Shown: positions 7,234 to 17,230 of the stretch, in pieces | Layout: the number at the start of each line of letters is the position of its first letter | Position numbering within the stretch: position 1 is the stretch's first letter | NCBI GenBank assembly: GCA_031256725.1 | Contig: JAIRQE010000020.1 | Span: 1 to 24,449 of the forward strand | Source: Propionibacteriaceae bacterium | Lineage (GTDB): Bacteria > Actinomycetota > Actinomycetes > Propionibacteriales > Propionibacteriaceae | Length of the DNA: 24,449 bases | Direction of reading: 5' to 3' | Notes under the pieces: generated by a model | The model's input: the letters and a program-made list of their open reading frames with translations, nothing else | What the model was told of the DNA's origin: nothing | Database searches by the model: none | Translations under genes and position numbers: made by a program

Positions 7234-7926
7234 CTATCCCTCTTCCTGAGATATCCAGATCAATTGTTTGTGAGATACTTCCACATGTGGTGGCCAGGAT
7301 GCCCTCATATGGGATTCGACCAATAAGGACATTTCGGGGTTCACCATCCCATTGAAAAGAACCTCTGCGTTGGGTTCCTCATTGAACCATTCTGCTGAAA
7401 TTTGAAGATAGGAGATGATCTGGTTTTCCAAGTGCTCCATGATGGAGTCTTTGAGGAGCCCTAAATAGGTTGATCCTTCCACGGGTACCAACTCACTCGA
7501 CCCGTGACTTGAGATGAGTCCACACCACAGGGACCACTGATGTTCACAGTCATCCCATTGTGTTGCGAAACGCTCATCAGGAATAGAAGTACCAAGGTTG
7601 TCAAGGAGGAATACTAAAGTCAAAGCAATACTCATGATGGCCCGATCTAGGGCCTCCTTCTCGGTTTCTCCGATCCCAGTGGCTGACTCAAAAACGGTTC
7701 GATCCCATGACGGATGGCTAAACCACAACATCACAGTCGCACGCCCTGTACTACCGGTATCAATCAGGGAGGCCTTCATGGTGACCTGGGATTTCGGGAG
7801 GATCACACTATTGTCGATGAGCTGCCCGTTGGAGAAAACATCCGCAAGGCGTTGCCTTATTTCAACCCGAGTACTCGCATCCACATATTCAGGTTGATTA
7901 TCAAGAATACAATTCCTGACCTCCAT
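7234..7926 (-). CDS. Hypothetical cytoplasmic protein (orphan by eye)
   Basis: 230-aa ORF with no TM segment or signal peptide and no motif I recognise. The gene and the spacer upstream of its start codon (7927..8067) look AT-richer than their neighbours. Confidence 0.6.
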   Translation of the reverse strand: MEVRNCILDNQPEYVDASTRVEIRQRLADVFSNGQLIDNSVILPKSQVTMKASLIDTGSTGRATVMLWFSHPSWDRTVFESATGIGETEKEALDRAIMSIALTLVFLLDNLGTSIPDERFATQWDDCEHQWSLWCGLISSHGSSELVPVEGSTYLGLLKDSIMEHLENQIISYLQISAEWFNEEPNAEVLFNGMVNPEMSLLVESHMRASWPPHVEVSHKQLIWISQEEG

Positions 7927-8067
7927 GAATCCGATGGTATACCTGCCCTCGACCTTAAGGATACGTGGTTCTACCTCAGCGGGAACAAACTATTACAAAG
8001 CTCACAAAACTGCTTATCAAAAGTAAGTAAACCAGTCTTCGTACATAAACAGAAAACCGACGTGGAC

Positions 8068-9036
8068 TCATGAAGAAACAAGAACCCAGGTTCTCAAACC
8101 CAACCCAAGAGCAAGCAGAACAAGGGCTGTTCCTATAAGAATCCACTGGGTCCGATCCCGATTCTGTCCAGCTGGTACCAGACCCCAAATACACCCTAGA
8201 AGGGCTCCACCAACAAGACCACCAAGATGGCCCTGCCAGGAAATATGGGAACCACCAATGAAGGTGATCATGACGTTCAACCCCAACCACATGAGTAACT
8301 GTCGTACATCCGACTTGCGAAGCCACAGGACCACGAGCAGGCAGCCCATCAACCCGAACAAAGATCCTGACCCACCATAGGTCAATGAGGTTTCGGAGCT
8401 AAGCCAGTACACAGCCAGCGATCCAAAGATACCTGATACTATATAGGTAACTAGGAAGCGAAGCCGTCCCAAAAGGGATTCAAGTGGTGGCCCGAGAAAC
8501 CATAGACATAAACAGTTCAAGGCGATATGTGTAATAGCAACATGGGTGAAGATCGAGGTGAAGATCTGCCACCATGCACCGTCTGCGATCCCTGGAACCC
8601 AGTGGCCCTCGGCTATCCTCTGGCATGCATTCTTCGTCAGATCAGGGTAATAGGCGCCTGGTTGGTCAGCAACCACACATAGTCCCCGCGGAAGCAGACC
8701 CAGAAACTGGATCACAAAGTACTGAACCTTCGCCCATGCAGTCATTTGAATGATACCCCAAATAGCCACATTGATCGCAATTAATACGATGGAGGTGAGC
8801 CGCGGATTCGCTGAGATTGAACCGCCGTAGCTTCCCTGATGTTGGCGAGTGGTCTTCGTGTGCTCCTTCACACATGACGCGCATTGGAAACCCACAGGCG
8901 CAGGAACCATGCACTCCCCGCAAATCGGCTGTCCACATCTTCTGCAATTGATATGTGTGAACCGATCAGGATGTTTGTAGCAGTGGGCTGGGTTCGGTTC
9001 ATTCACAGGGTCTATTCTACGCTGGGTTATGTACAT
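8068..9036 (-). CDS. Rhomboid-family intramembrane serine protease with an N-terminal zinc ribbon
   Basis: 322-aa ORF. The N-terminus has CxxC...CxxC (INCRRCGQPICGECM...FQCASC). The body is multi-pass membrane, with a GxSG catalytic motif (YGGSGSLFGLMG) and a downstream His (WQGHLGGLVGG). Confidence 0.85.
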   Translation of the reverse strand: MYITQRRIDPVNEPNPAHCYKHPDRFTHINCRRCGQPICGECMVPAPVGFQCASCVKEHTKTTRQHQGSYGGSISANPRLTSIVLIAINVAIWGIIQMTAWAKVQYFVIQFLGLLPRGLCVVADQPGAYYPDLTKNACQRIAEGHWVPGIADGAWWQIFTSIFTHVAITHIALNCLCLWFLGPPLESLLGRLRFLVTYIVSGIFGSLAVYWLSSETSLTYGGSGSLFGLMGCLLVVLWLRKSDVRQLLMWLGLNVMITFIGGSHISWQGHLGGLVGGALLGCIWGLVPAGQNRDRTQWILIGTALVLLALGLGLRTWVLVSS

Positions 9037-9108
9037 AGTGTGATACTTCCCCCAAGAACACCGGAATCATGGATCTACACCCTAGAATAAATGCGGAAAG
9101 GAAGAGGA

Positions 9109-10254
9109 ATGGAAGGTTTCGAGTCCTACGCTCAAGTCGATCTAGGTGCCCTAGAACGAAACCTTGATGCCATCCGTTCGCACATTGAATTCCGCAAGAT
9201 CCTTCTACCCATCAAAGCCAATGCCTATGGCCACGGGCTCACTGAGCATTCTGGAGCACAGTACGCTGCGACCCTTCCACGCTTCCTGGAGGAACGCTCG
9301 GCCATCGACTGGTTCGGCGTGGCAACAGTCGAAGAAGGGGTACGCCTGCGAGCTGCGGGAATCACGACCCCCATCCTCAAACTCTCCCAAACCCAAAACC
9401 ATGAACTGTCTCGGGCTATCCAAGCAAAACTCACGCTGACCGTGGGTGATCCTGTCTCAATTTGGGCTGCCAGCGCCGCTGCTGAGACTGCGGATCAGAT
9501 AGCGAATGTCCACATCAAAATCGACACGGGTATGCGTCGGATCGGCTGCCCAGTATCCCTTGCTCCCCGCCTTGCAGAGCTAGTGGAGGAGGCGCCATTC
9601 CTCAACCTTCAAGGGGTTTTCACCCATTTCGCAGCAGCGGAGAACCCTGAGGAGGACGACTTCACTTCCCGTCAGATCGCTCAGTTCACAGAGACCCTTG
9701 ATCTCATTGAGTCCACCATCGGTCGCGGAATCGAACTCAAGCATGCTGCAAATTCCGCCACTGTCGAACGACATCCGTCCGCCTGGTTCGACATGGTACG
9801 CCCCGGGATTCTCTCCTATGGCTACCCTCAATCCCCGGAAAAACCCGTCACCGTACGCCCCGTCATGTCAATGATCTCCCATGTATCCTTCGTCAAAACG
9901 GTCAACGCTGGTGAGACTGTCAGCTATGGGAGGACCTGGGTTGCCCCGCGCGATACACGAATAGCCACCGTCGCCATAGGGTACGGGGATGGTTACCCTC
10001 GCCTTCTCTCCAATAAGTCAGAGGTACTCATCCAGGGTCGCCGCTACCCACAGGTGGGAACAGTGTGCATGGATCAGATCATGGTCGACCTTGGCCCCGA
10101 ATCGGAGATTGGTGTTGGCGAACAAGTAACATTGCTTGGACGTGACGGTTCCGAGGCTATTGGTGCTGATGACCTCGGAGTCCTGTCACAAACCATCAGT
10201 TACGAAGTGCTCTGTGGTTTCACCGAACGACTCTCAAGGATGTACATCGGCTGA
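9109..10254 (+). CDS. alr: Alanine racemase
   Basis: The ORF runs 9091..10254. The ATG at 9109 has GGAAAGGAAGAGG immediately upstream, and 9091 is the alternative start. The PLP-lysine motif is LPIKANAYGHG, with VSYGRTW and GYGDGYPR also present. Confidence 0.9.
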   Translation: MEGFESYAQVDLGALERNLDAIRSHIEFRKILLPIKANAYGHGLTEHSGAQYAATLPRFLEERSAIDWFGVATVEEGVRLRAAGITTPILKLSQTQNHELSRAIQAKLTLTVGDPVSIWAASAAAETADQIANVHIKIDTGMRRIGCPVSLAPRLAELVEEAPFLNLQGVFTHFAAAENPEEDDFTSRQIAQFTETLDLIESTIGRGIELKHAANSATVERHPSAWFDMVRPGILSYGYPQSPEKPVTVRPVMSMISHVSFVKTVNAGETVSYGRTWVAPRDTRIATVAIGYGDGYPRLLSNKSEVLIQGRRYPQVGTVCMDQIMVDLGPESEIGVGEQVTLLGRDGSEAIGADDLGVLSQTISYEVLCGFTERLSRMYIG

Positions 10255-10274
10255 GCACCCCATCACAAATGGGT

Positions 10275-10616
10275 TTAGGATTCATCCTTCGCATCAACTG
10301 CTGGTACAGGTGCAGGAGCAGCCGGAGGTACCGGAGCCGAGGTTACTGCCTTTTCGGTCTCCTTCAAACGCTGCTTGAATGTACGCTTTGGCATCCCGAT
10401 CCCAAGACCCAAAGAAAAGGCCCCCAAGAGTGCAGCCAGGCCAGCCCCAGCCAAGAAGAACCAGTACAGTGTCTTCCACTCAAAGTCTAGGTTGGCCGTA
10501 GCGAGCGTGGTGACGACATAATTAATTTGAATATAGCTGACGATCATCAATGCAATAGCTGCACCAATAAGTACGATACCTACAGCGATTATTGTGGTCC
10601 TCAAAAACTTGAGCAC
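10275..10616 (-). CDS. Small two-TM membrane protein with a Pro/Ala-rich tail
   Basis: The ORF-track version (10275..10820) overlaps the upstream gene by 91 nt. An in-frame GTG at 10616 sits 7 nt after AGGAGG and yields VLKFLRTTIIAVGIVLIGAAIALMIV..., with two hydrophobic helices and an APVPPAAPAPVPA tail. Confidence 0.55.
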   Translation of the reverse strand: MLKFLRTTIIAVGIVLIGAAIALMIVSYIQINYVVTTLATANLDFEWKTLYWFFLAGAGLAALLGAFSLGLGIGMPKRTFKQRLKETEKAVTSAPVPPAAPAPVPAVDAKDES

Positions 10617-10729
10617 AACCCCACCTCCTATGCGGAAATCTGACACTCCTTGTCTTGCATACTCTAGCGGTTTTGCCGTATGAATCAGAGGGTTTTCATT
10701 TTGAAGAGATTCGCGGCCCAAGTCCGGTA

Positions 10730-11479
10730 CTACCCAGGATAGGAAGCGTATTCCACAGGGTCCTGCGTGTACTGAGTCATCAGCACAGGCCGGCGCATGT
10801 GAAAGTGGGTACGAGCACAACGACTGACCATACGTGTATCAAGGAGGTCAGCCATTCCACCAATACCACCACCAATGATGGGAGTCTTGCGACCAATCGT
10901 GGTGACGACACTCTTGCCGGCTGCTTCAGACAGTAGGTGATGGAGCACACGATCCGCAACATGGGCATGAAGGTGGGGGTCAAAGACTGGGGATGTGGCC
11001 ACAGCAGCCGGTGTACTTGGTAGGCGTGCGCTGGCAATTTGACGATCCAGTTCGCGCTCACCCAACAGGCACATCGCGAGGGCGGTTCGTACCCGTGGAT
11101 CGTTGAGGTCGTACCCGTGGAGGTGGGCGATACAGGCGACCATACGTACCTGAACAACAATAAGACCAGTGACGTTAATGGGGGTACCAATGATCATCGA
11201 CACGATTCCGCCAATATTAGAGATCACTCCCTGGATGGTGGCGAGAAGAATATGTTGACGAATGATGGAGTCGACAGCCTCGTTTACCCCCTGGTGACGT
11301 TGCAGATGCTTGGCGGCTAGTTCACGTGCTGGCGTCAGTGTGGCAACCCCATCAATGGCCATGTCGATGAGTTTGACCATGGCGGAGTTGAGGCGAGGGC
11401 CCGCGATCTGGGGTAGCCGCATGAGAGATTCCGTGACCGCATCCACGACATTCTCTGGTACGGGTCCGATCTTCGGCAT
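10730..11479 (-). CDS. EcsC-family-like protein
   Basis: 249-aa ORF. The central segment GVISNIGGIVSMIIGTPINVTGLIVVQVRMVACIAHLHGYDLND resembles the EcsC core (Gly-rich segment followed by RM..IA..YGYD). Recognised by eye only. Confidence 0.55.
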   Translation of the reverse strand: MPKIGPVPENVVDAVTESLMRLPQIAGPRLNSAMVKLIDMAIDGVATLTPARELAAKHLQRHQGVNEAVDSIIRQHILLATIQGVISNIGGIVSMIIGTPINVTGLIVVQVRMVACIAHLHGYDLNDPRVRTALAMCLLGERELDRQIASARLPSTPAAVATSPVFDPHLHAHVADRVLHHLLSEAAGKSVVTTIGRKTPIIGGGIGGMADLLDTRMVSRCARTHFHMRRPVLMTQYTQDPVEYASYPG

Positions 11480-11587
11480 GGTTCCCTTTCACAAGCACTC
11501 AATGTGCCGTTCCATTCTGGCACGACTTGGGCGAGTACCACCCTCCGGGGAAACCGGGATTCAACCCTGGCCCGCTAGACTGATTCC

Positions 11588-12220
11588 ATGCCGTACATGC
11601 CACCTGAGGGGTACCGGTCACGAACCGAAACCGAGATCAAACGCTCGCGGTTTATCACCACCCTCGGGCGTACCAACACTGAAACTGAGGCCCGTACCCT
11701 CATTGCAGGAGTGCGCGCCGAATTCCCGGATGGACGCCACCACTGCATGGCTTTCGTCCTCGACGATATGGGAGTACAAACAGCTAGAAGCTCCGATGAT
11801 GGTGAGCCAGCTGGTACCGGCGGAATCCCCATGATGAACTCCCTTGTCCAAGCCGAGCTAGTCAACATCACAGCGGTTGTCACCCGCTATTTCGGGGGAA
11901 TCAAACTGGGCGCATCCGGTTTGGCGCGAGCCTATGGAGGCTGTGTTGCCGAGGCCACCTCGACCATGCCCATCGTCATTCGCGAGGTACATCAGGTCTG
12001 GGCGATCACCCTCACCCACGCGGAGGTCGGTCGTAGTGAAGAGGAACTCCTGCGTGCAGGTGCCACAATCCTGGAACGTACCTATGGTGACACCGGAGTT
12101 GGGTTGAGATTCACCTTCCCCAAGAACCCCGCACCAATCCTTGCCCGGATAACCCAAGGCGCGGTTGTTCCACTCCCAGATGGTGAACAGATCCTTGAGG
12201 TACTAGCTGAACATACATGA
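11588..12220 (+). CDS. YigZ / IMPACT-family (UPF0029) protein
   Basis: 210-aa ORF. Motifs are IKRSRFITTL, HHCMAFVL, DDGEPAGTGGIPM and VVTRYFGGIKLGASGLARAYG. Confidence 0.85.
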   Translation: MPYMPPEGYRSRTETEIKRSRFITTLGRTNTETEARTLIAGVRAEFPDGRHHCMAFVLDDMGVQTARSSDDGEPAGTGGIPMMNSLVQAELVNITAVVTRYFGGIKLGASGLARAYGGCVAEATSTMPIVIREVHQVWAITLTHAEVGRSEEELLRAGATILERTYGDTGVGLRFTFPKNPAPILARITQGAVVPLPDGEQILEVLAEHT

Positions 12221-12259
12221 TTCGGGGATACTAATCCCACGAGGAACCGAGGAGTACCC

Positions 12260-13144
12260 ATGTCTGAAATGACCATTTCCATGAACGGAATCACCAAAGA
12301 TTTCGGAAGAGTACACGCCCTGACCGGAGTCGATCTTGAGGTTGGCCCAGGGGAAATCTATGGATTCATCGGGCCGAATGGAGCAGGGAAGTCCACGACG
12401 ATCCGAATCCTCTTGGGGATACTGAAGGCTGATTCAGGCCAAGCGCAGTTGTTCGGCAAAGACGTCTGGTCTGATGCTGTGGACATTCATCAAAAGGTTT
12501 CCTATGTCCCAGGCGATGTGAATCTGTGGCCGAGTTTGACCGGTGGTGAGGTTATCGACTTGTTTGTACGCCTGAAGAAAACCGGGGACCAGAGGTACCG
12601 CAAGGAACTCATCGAGAAGTTCGACTTTGATCCGACGCGCAAGTGTGGAACCTACTCGAAGGGGAACCGCCAGAAGGTTGCGTTGATTGCTGCATTCTCA
12701 ACTGATGCCGATGTTTATATCTTGGATGAGCCGACTTCGGGGCTTGACCCTCTCATGGAGATGGTGTTCAGGGAATGTGTACGAAAGGTGGCCGCTGAGG
12801 GGAAGACCGTATTCCTGTCTTCGCATATTCTCTCCGAGGTTGAGCAACTGTGCACTCGGTTATCCATCATCCGACAAGGGAAGATCGTGGATACTGGAAG
12901 CCTACGAGAGATGCAGCATCTGACACGCAACCAGGTACACGTCGAAGCCACGGGTGATCTTGGTGGACTCAAGACTTTGGAGGGTGTCCATGATCTCAGC
13001 CTCCACGATGGCGAAGCCGAATTCCATCTCGATAATGATCACACTGCTGGGGTCATGGCATTCTTGGCGACCCAGGGTGCTACCCGATTGGTGTCCACAC
13101 CGCCGACTCTTGAAGAGTTGTTCATGAGTCACTACGAGGCCTGA
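12260..13144 (+). CDS. ABC transporter ATP-binding protein
   Basis: Walker A is GPNGAGKST, the signature motif is YSKGNRQK, and Walker B is VYILDEPTSGLD. A GAGGAG RBS is present. Confidence 0.9.
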   Translation: MSEMTISMNGITKDFGRVHALTGVDLEVGPGEIYGFIGPNGAGKSTTIRILLGILKADSGQAQLFGKDVWSDAVDIHQKVSYVPGDVNLWPSLTGGEVIDLFVRLKKTGDQRYRKELIEKFDFDPTRKCGTYSKGNRQKVALIAAFSTDADVYILDEPTSGLDPLMEMVFRECVRKVAAEGKTVFLSSHILSEVEQLCTRLSIIRQGKIVDTGSLREMQHLTRNQVHVEATGDLGGLKTLEGVHDLSLHDGEAEFHLDNDHTAGVMAFLATQGATRLVSTPPTLEELFMSHYEA

Positions 13145-13154
13145 GAGGACAACC

Positions 13155-14771
13155 ATGGCAACCACATCACTGGGGTCCTTCTCAGGATGGACCCAGTTAT
13201 TACGGATGATCCAACGGCGTGACCGATGGGTGATGCCCGCCTGGATCATTGGTGTCACGATGTTCTGTGCGGGATTCGTACCCGCAATGCCTTCGATCGC
13301 TGGTAGCTCTGATGAGATGGGCATCCTTGGTGAACTGATGAAAAACCCCGCCATGGTCGCGATGTGCGGGCTCATCTATGGCTCCGAAGTGACCCTGTCG
13401 ATCATCTACTCCCAGATGATGATGGTCTGGTCAGCACTTGTGGTCGCGGTGATGAACATCCTGATCGTGATCCGCCACACGCGTACCGACGAAGACGAGG
13501 GGCGCTTGGAGGTCATCCGAGCCCTGCCCACCGGACGGCTCGCAAACTTGGGGGCAGTCTCAGTCCTGATGGTCTATATCAATGTGGTGGTCTTCTTGGC
13601 CTGCGGATTCTTCATGGGAGTGTTCAACGTCGAATCGTTCACTGTGCGGGGATGCCTGCTGTACTCGGCGGCTCTGGCGACGTGCGGACTCTTCTTCGCC
13701 GCGTTGACAATGGTGATTGTTCAGATTGCCCATAGTTCCCGCGAGGCCATGGGAATCAGCACGGGATTGTTGGGTTTCTTCTATATTCTGCGGGCCTATG
13801 GCGATGTGAGTTCGGAAACTCTTGCGGTGATCTCGCCTCTGGGACTCATTCAGCGAACCTACTGTTTCTACGAGGATCGGCTGATGCCAGTAGTCATCCT
13901 GGTGAGTTTGAGCCTTGTTCTGATGGGTCTCGGGTTTGCTCTCAGTTCTCTGCGTGACCTGGGTCAAGGGCTCCTTCCGAACCTAGGTCGGGCCCGCGCA
14001 CATGCACCCCGAACCCTTTCCGGGGAGTGGGGCCTGACCTGGAGGTTGACCAGGAGTACCATCTTGGCCTGGTCAGCAACCGTCTTCATCTCTGCTGCCG
14101 CCTACGGGTCAGTCATGGGTGAGATGGAAGACTTTGTCATGTCCAACCCGCTGTACCAACAGATGATGGGCATCGGAGCCAACGAGAAAGACATCACGGG
14201 TCCCGTCGTCACCATGCTGGTACTCATCATGGGCATTATTGGTACCATTCCCGTTCTGACAACGGTTTTTAAGCTTCGCTCCGAGGAAGTCCAAGGCCGC
14301 TTGGATTACGTACTCGGCAAGTCAGTCTCACGTTGGCGGCTCTTCATAGGGTACGCCGGTCTCGCTGTCATCGTTTCTGCGGTCATGCTCGTTTTGACTG
14401 CCGCAGGGTTCTGGGTGGTCATCCAATCGGTCATGACCGAACCGGTGAGTACACCACTCATCGCCAAAGTAGCCTTCAACTACTTCCCCGCACTGTTCGC
14501 TTTCGGTGGTTTGGGTCTGTTTCTAGTTGGCTACGCCAAGAAGTACACCTGGGTCGGCTGGACCTATCTTGTCGTCTCCTTCCTCATGACGTACATGGGT
14601 TCCATGATGGGCCTCCCCCGATGGGCCGAACGCCTCACCCCCTTCGGCCTCCTACAACGATGGCCCTCCGAACCCTTCTCCTGGTGGCCCTGGATAGGTT
14701 TGATGGTCGCTGGAATAGTTCTAGGAGTACTAGGAGCCCTCGGCTTCCGCCGCCGAGACATTCTTACCTGA
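13155..14771 (+). CDS. ABC transporter permease (large 12-TM ABC-2-like exporter subunit)
   Basis: 538-aa highly hydrophobic ORF starting 10 nt after the ATPase stop, so probably in the same operon. Confidence 0.8.
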   Translation: MATTSLGSFSGWTQLLRMIQRRDRWVMPAWIIGVTMFCAGFVPAMPSIAGSSDEMGILGELMKNPAMVAMCGLIYGSEVTLSIIYSQMMMVWSALVVAVMNILIVIRHTRTDEDEGRLEVIRALPTGRLANLGAVSVLMVYINVVVFLACGFFMGVFNVESFTVRGCLLYSAALATCGLFFAALTMVIVQIAHSSREAMGISTGLLGFFYILRAYGDVSSETLAVISPLGLIQRTYCFYEDRLMPVVILVSLSLVLMGLGFALSSLRDLGQGLLPNLGRARAHAPRTLSGEWGLTWRLTRSTILAWSATVFISAAAYGSVMGEMEDFVMSNPLYQQMMGIGANEKDITGPVVTMLVLIMGIIGTIPVLTTVFKLRSEEVQGRLDYVLGKSVSRWRLFIGYAGLAVIVSAVMLVLTAAGFWVVIQSVMTEPVSTPLIAKVAFNYFPALFAFGGLGLFLVGYAKKYTWVGWTYLVVSFLMTYMGSMMGLPRWAERLTPFGLLQRWPSEPFSWWPWIGLMVAGIVLGVLGALGFRRRDILT

Positions 14772-14935
14772 GCTCAGAGTCGGAGACTATCGAGTGATCT
14801 ACACACTCTCCCATGGATGCTTAATCATTTGGGTTGTTCAAGTAGCCAAACGAGACACCGTATACTGAACCTCTCCCAAAGGGTGATCCTGGGTGTATTC
14901 TCGATAAGAGACGTCCCAGATCGTGAGGGAATTCC

Positions 14936-17179
14936 ATGTTTGATGCGTTAGGCCGTTCCGTTGCTCGACATCCGTGGAGGGCCATTGCGGTGTGGGTGGT
15001 CGTACTCATTGTTGCTTGTGGGGGCGCATTCTGGGGGTACGGCCATGGTGGGCTCTTTGATCGTCTTCATACCCCTGTGTCCCTGGTACAAGGTACGGAA
15101 TCCGATGAGGTCAATAATCTTGCCTCAACTGATGCTGGTGGAGTGGGGATAACTCTAGTCGTCACTGGTCTGGATATTCCTGATGATATCCCGGATCTGG
15201 TGACCTTCCTTGCTGACCATCGCGAGGATCTCAAAGTCGACAATGTGGCAACTATCGTCGACCCCTTCCAGCTTCCCGATCTGAACATGCCCCAGGCTCA
15301 GGCATTGTTCTCCGATAAGGAGGATGGTTTCATCATCTCGATTACTTTGGACAAGGATCTGAGTACGGATGGGATCAAGGACACCGAAGCCGCAGTTGAT
15401 GAGGCCGTTGACTTCTTCGAACAGGATTTGCGTAAGGATTTCCCCACAGCCCAGGTACACCTAATGTCGAAGACATCCCTGTCGAACTCCATTATGGAGC
15501 AGGTCAAAACCGATCTTATTCGCGGTGAGGCACTCGGCCTGCCGGTCGCATTACTGCTTCTCATCATTATCTTTGGTGGTTTCCTCGCAGCTGGTCTACC
15601 CATCCTGGGGGCCCTGGTCGCCATCGGAATCGGCATGGGCTCCCTGTGGGGGATGACCTTCTTCACCGAAGTCGAATCCTTCACCATCAACATCGCTTCG
15701 ATCATTGGCCTAGCCCTGTCTGTCGACTACGGCCTCCTCATAGTGTCACGGTACAGAGAGGAGCTAGCCAGAATCCTTGCAGAGCGGAATTATGGTACTA
15801 GTCCCGAAACTATGCCTGATAAACCCACCTCCACAGCCATCGTCCGCGAAGCCATGGAGATCACCTTGAAGACTGCCGGGCGCACTGTTTTCTTCTCAGC
15901 AGTCACCATCGCGTGTGCATTGTCTGCCCTGCTCATCATGAAGGCCCAGATGCTGAGGATCATCGCCGCCTCGGGGATGATTGTCACCCTCTTAGCGGTA
16001 CTCACAGCAATGACTCTTGTTCCATCGGTCATCGTTCTGATGAGACGTACGATGATCAAACCGTCAATGATTACGAGAATTCCTGTCCTTAAATCCCTAG
16101 TCAAGGCGGTGGGCGATTCCTCCTCGGATCACGGCTTCTTCTCGCGTTTGGCTAGAGGGGTACATAAAAGGCCCTGGATTATCCTTGGTGTTGTGACCCT
16201 GATTCTTGTGGCCATGGCCTCCCCTTTGAAGGATCTTCAGGTACGTTCAGCCTTCTCGGATTTCATTCCCGAGGAGAGTCCCTCCTCCAAGGCGTACTAC
16301 ATCATTCAAGAGGACTACCCCGGGCTGGTGGATCCGTCGATCATCATTGTTGCGGATGTACCACCTGAGGACACTGCCGATCTGGTCAGCCATGTGGAGA
16401 GAATCACTGATGTGGCTTTCGTCTCACAACCGAGTCCTCTGGCCGACGATGATCAGCGCACGAAGATTACTGTACGTATTGATGTCGCCAACCAGGTGGG
16501 TACCCAAGTGACCCAGGAGGTCAAGGATTTGCGTACCCATGACCCAGGCTATCCTATCCATGTAGGCGGCTCCGCGGCCATCCAACTCGACTTCATTCAA
16601 TCCATCATCGACCGTACCCCAGGCGCCTTCGCCATTATGGGATTCGCGGTCTTCTTCCTGATGTTCCTGATGACAGGCTCAATAATTGTACCCATCAAGG
16701 CCATCCTCATTAACGGCCTGTCCCTCTTGGCCTCCCTAGGGTTGGCCACCTTCATCTTCATAAACGGGTATTTAGGGATGCCCCAGGTCCAGGGCATGGA
16801 GACCTTCATCATCGTCTGCTTCATCTGTTTCGGTTTCGGTCTAGCCATGGATTACGAAGTCTTCCTCATCGCCAGAATCAAAGAGTTCTACAACCAGGGC
16901 CTCCCCAATGATGAAGCCGTTGAACGAGGACTCCAACGCTCTGGAAGAATCATCACCTCTGCCGCAGCCATCATCGTAGCCGTCTTCATAGGTTTCAGTT
17001 TCGGTGGCATGATAGCCATCAAACAGATCGGCGTAGTACTGGCCATCACCATCATCACCGACGCCACCCTAGTCAGAATGCTCCTAGTACCAGCCACCAT
17101 GACCATCCTAGGAAAATGGAACTGGTGGGCCCCCAAGCCCCTAAAATGGATCTACGACCGCCTACACATAGTCCACTAA
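14936..17179 (+). CDS. MMPL-family (RND superfamily) transporter
   Basis: 747-aa ORF made of two repeated halves, each a TM helix, an extracytoplasmic loop and a 5-TM bundle. Conserved segments include SLAIDYGLLIVSRYREE-type (ALSVDYGLLIVSRYREE) and LAMDYEVFLIARIKE. Confidence 0.85.
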   Translation: MFDALGRSVARHPWRAIAVWVVVLIVACGGAFWGYGHGGLFDRLHTPVSLVQGTESDEVNNLASTDAGGVGITLVVTGLDIPDDIPDLVTFLADHREDLKVDNVATIVDPFQLPDLNMPQAQALFSDKEDGFIISITLDKDLSTDGIKDTEAAVDEAVDFFEQDLRKDFPTAQVHLMSKTSLSNSIMEQVKTDLIRGEALGLPVALLLLIIIFGGFLAAGLPILGALVAIGIGMGSLWGMTFFTEVESFTINIASIIGLALSVDYGLLIVSRYREELARILAERNYGTSPETMPDKPTSTAIVREAMEITLKTAGRTVFFSAVTIACALSALLIMKAQMLRIIAASGMIVTLLAVLTAMTLVPSVIVLMRRTMIKPSMITRIPVLKSLVKAVGDSSSDHGFFSRLARGVHKRPWIILGVVTLILVAMASPLKDLQVRSAFSDFIPEESPSSKAYYIIQEDYPGLVDPSIIIVADVPPEDTADLVSHVERITDVAFVSQPSPLADDDQRTKITVRIDVANQVGTQVTQEVKDLRTHDPGYPIHVGGSAAIQLDFIQSIIDRTPGAFAIMGFAVFFLMFLMTGSIIVPIKAILINGLSLLASLGLATFIFINGYLGMPQVQGMETFIIVCFICFGFGLAMDYEVFLIARIKEFYNQGLPNDEAVERGLQRSGRIITSAAAIIVAVFIGFSFGGMIAIKQIGVVLAITIITDATLVRMLLVPATMTILGKWNWWAPKPLKWIYDRLHIVH

Positions 17180-17230
17180 ATAGTCAGCCTACCCAACTTG
17201 CAATACTCGCTTTGCCAGTACCAGTTGATC

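Noticed and set aside
10617-10820. The N-terminal 68-aa extension of ORF 10275..10820, which overlaps the EcsC-like gene.
   Set aside because: The extension overlaps the 3' end of the upstream gene by 91 nt, has no RBS and has an odd composition. An internal GTG with a strong AGGAGG RBS gives a sensible two-TM protein.
12260-17179. The ABC ATPase, ABC permease and MMPL cluster as a novel export or defence system.
   Set aside because: All three are standard transporter families with canonical motifs, and the arrangement is unremarkable for Actinomycetota. There is no associated regulator, biosynthetic gene or immunity gene in the window.
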